From the NCBI GenBank assembly GCA_013115145.1, contig JAAPAO010000386.1, forward strand, positions 1-34,093: DNA of 34,093 nucleotides. The letters are read 5' to 3'. The notes below the pieces were generated by a model. That model was not told the DNA's origin. It did not search any database and saw only the letters and a program-made list of their open reading frames with translations. This stretch comes from Perkinsus chesapeaki ATCC PRA-425 (Eukaryota > Protista > Perkinsozoa). Shown here piece by piece: positions 31,949-34,093 of this stretch. Every line of letters starts with the position of its first letter. Positions within the stretch are counted from its first letter, which is position 1. A program made the translations under genes and the position numbers.

Positions 31949-33952
31949 ATAGATGATCTTGTTGAGAATGAGAGGGTTGATGTAGACTGTGTTGATGAGG
32001 ATGGTCTCAGGCCATTGTTCCACGCTTTAAGTAAGATAGCTTATATAAGCTATTACAAGATGGTCTATTATTCATCATCATCTGAATTTAATCGATAACT
32101 GATTCTGAGATCTTGTTAGGAGTGCACCCGTTTTGATCATTTACTTGATTTTCCGGTGATGCTCGACTTGCTCGCATTTCTACTATCTGTCGAAGGCGGG
32201 CTCGGTCTCGGACTCGGTTCATGGAATTGTGCGGAGCTTTAGGTAGAAAACACGCCGGGGCGGTGGCTGCGTTGCTGACTGCTGGAGCAGACGCTGACTC
32301 TCCTTTCCACTTGACACGGGATGACCCTATGTACGAAGGTATCGCCGATGCCCAGCAGGTGAGCGAATAGTTGATGAAATCCTTCAGAGGCGACATGGTG
32401 TATAGCCCAGGCAATAGATTGCACTATTGATAGACTCTCTAAATGGATTTAGTGGATTCGAAAGAAGAGCAACAGTGGACTCTTTTCTTTTGTGACTTCT
32501 CACAAGTTTCTGACTTCACTCGACACCTGAGTCGGTCTGTTCATTTTTGAGTATGAATTTGATTTCTACCATGAGTGTTTCCGATGCTGCTTGTCGGGGA
32601 AATTGTTAGCAGTTGAAGAGTTCACAGATATCATTGTGCAGCGGTCTGTCCCCTTCGACCAGGGTACTGATAAAATCCGGCATAGGGGCATTGTTGTGAC
32701 AGACTCGGGAGACTGTCATACACGGAGCCCTGTTCAAGCTCCCAGTGTGTATGTTGTCATGAGTTCCGACGGACAGGGCAGATGTGACAAATTTAAATAA
32801 TTATTATCTGCTCTGTTGTGCCTGGACATGCGGTCGTATGTCGCTCTTTCCAACACTGTCTCCGCTCCCTCGCCGGGGCCATTGTCGGTGTTGCTCAGGT
32901 TGCCAACCCTGCGGTGAGGAAGGGCCATTGCGACGGACGTAAAGCGTTGGTGTGTTTAATATTTCGATATTATTATTTTCAGATAACAATTTGTGCCCGT
33001 TAAGGCTGGCTATGTTCACGAAGAACATCAAGATAGTCAAAGACGTGTGTGACCATACGGACTTCACTTCGTTGCCGGTAAGACTGAGGAACTTGGTGAA
33101 TTTGTAATCCTTTTTCACGAAATTGGTTCCCGACCCCCTACTGTTGACGGCTCTCTATGGGAGAGTAATTTCACTACTCGCCAAATTGGTGGCCTTCAGC
33201 GCGATGAAGATTTATGAAAGGTTCCCGGAGGAGTGTGCATACGCTAATGTTGAGCATTATGATATTGATATAGGTGTTCTACGTAGAGCCTCAGTTAAAT
33301 TCAAATAATTGAACTAAAAGTTTCCAGAAACAGTGAGAATGTATTCTCCGATTTCAACATCCTGCAGACTGCTGGAGGAGACATGAAGATACGTGCATTC
33401 CTTCTAGTTGAGATTGACGCTTCGTTTATCGGAACATCATGGTTTGGATTAGGACACTTCGTCTGGAAGGGAAGCATGCAGGAAAAATTGGTCTCAGCAA
33501 AGTAGATCGAAACTATTACTGTTAGACTTCAACTGGTAGCCAAATCGAATGATCGTATTCACATTAACAAACCCACAGCAAGCGGCTGTCCTATTATATT
33601 CAATAACTACATATACTTATAATAATATATCAATGATGGAACGAATGTTCGAACATTTGCACTAGTGCTTGGTTGGAGGAGACAATCGTTGTGTCGTGGG
33701 GCTGTGAACGATCGTCAAGTGTTCCATTGATCGGGCAATGGAGACCTCTTATCAGGAGAGGGAGGTTAGTCGCATTCTGAGCTATGCGGCCATGACGGGT
33801 GCGGATAATGTCGTTGATGCAGCGCTCAAGGGTCTAGCACCCGACGGTCCTGGTAGGATGGAGGGGCTGCTTGTTTGGGGATGAATTATGTGGCGAATAG
33901 GTTCGGCAGAGGCACGGGAAGAGATAGTTAATAAGTTAGATGAAGGAAGCGG
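31949..33952 (+). CDS. Ankyrin-repeat protein, multi-exon, both ends unresolved
   Basis: Exons 31949-32030 and 32243-32358 join to VDVDCVDEDGLRPLFHALSRKHAGAVAALLTAGADAD. 32983-33077 gives NNLCPLRLAMFTKNIKIVKDV, and about 33750-33852 gives LSYAAMTGADNVVDAALK. A donor at 33953 shows the gene continues. Confidence 0.75.
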
Positions 33953-34003
33953 GTAAGGGGGCGTTACTGGCAAGCCGTTTTTGGCCCTCGCTAGCTCTAC
34001 GAA

Positions 34004-34093
34004 ATATAATAGAAAGGAGGTTGATAGGAAATATGTTACTAGTGATACGGAGGAGGAGGAGATATAATAGAAAGGAGTTTGATAGGAAATATG
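34004..34093 (+). repeat. 58-bp tandem repeat running off the window end, in an ankyrin-gene intron
   Basis: atataatagaaaggag(g/t)ttgataggaaatatg at 34004 and 34062. Confidence 0.9.

Noticed and set aside
1-34093. Spliced-leader relics (CCGTAGCCATYTTGGCTCAAG) and global stop-codon reassignment
   Set aside because: No SL match was seen by eye. The reconstructed intact genes have no internal stops and end in standard stops.

Overview
This is intron-rich eukaryotic DNA, not prokaryotic. Introns are short (45-100 nt) and GT-AG, with at least one GC-AG. The style and the protease families point to an alveolate, most likely Perkinsus-like (inference, no database search). Most ORFs in the supplied track are spurious or partial, so I rebuilt genes exon by exon by hand. 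From left to right the window holds: (1) a degenerate coding relic; (2) a tandem array of two intronless S/T/P-rich secreted, probably GPI-type, surface genes plus a decapitated third copy; (3) an 11-exon syntaxin (Qa-SNARE, 5540-8982 +); (4) a many-exon charged coiled-coil gene resembling flagellar TPH-type proteins (9050-14175 +); (5) a truncated cathepsin B-like gene (-); (6) an intronless pepsin-family aspartic protease broken by one in-frame TAG (+); (7) a DHHC palmitoyltransferase (-); (8) a large 6-TM GYG potassium channel with a C-linker and cyclic-nucleotide-binding domain (21518 to >30155 +); (9) a 34-35 bp minisatellite spanning an N-gap; (10) an ankyrin-repeat gene running off the right end. 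The strongest unexplained signal is a large excess of perfect DNA palindromes with a 0-1 nt centre and arms up to 27 bp, plus one 55-bp inverted duplication. All lie in introns or intergenic DNA, share no sequence with each other, and often occur as adjacent pairs or overlapping chains. A paralog comparison shows them arising in situ. This suggests an active fold-back or hairpin-type break-repair or template-switch process rather than a transposon family.
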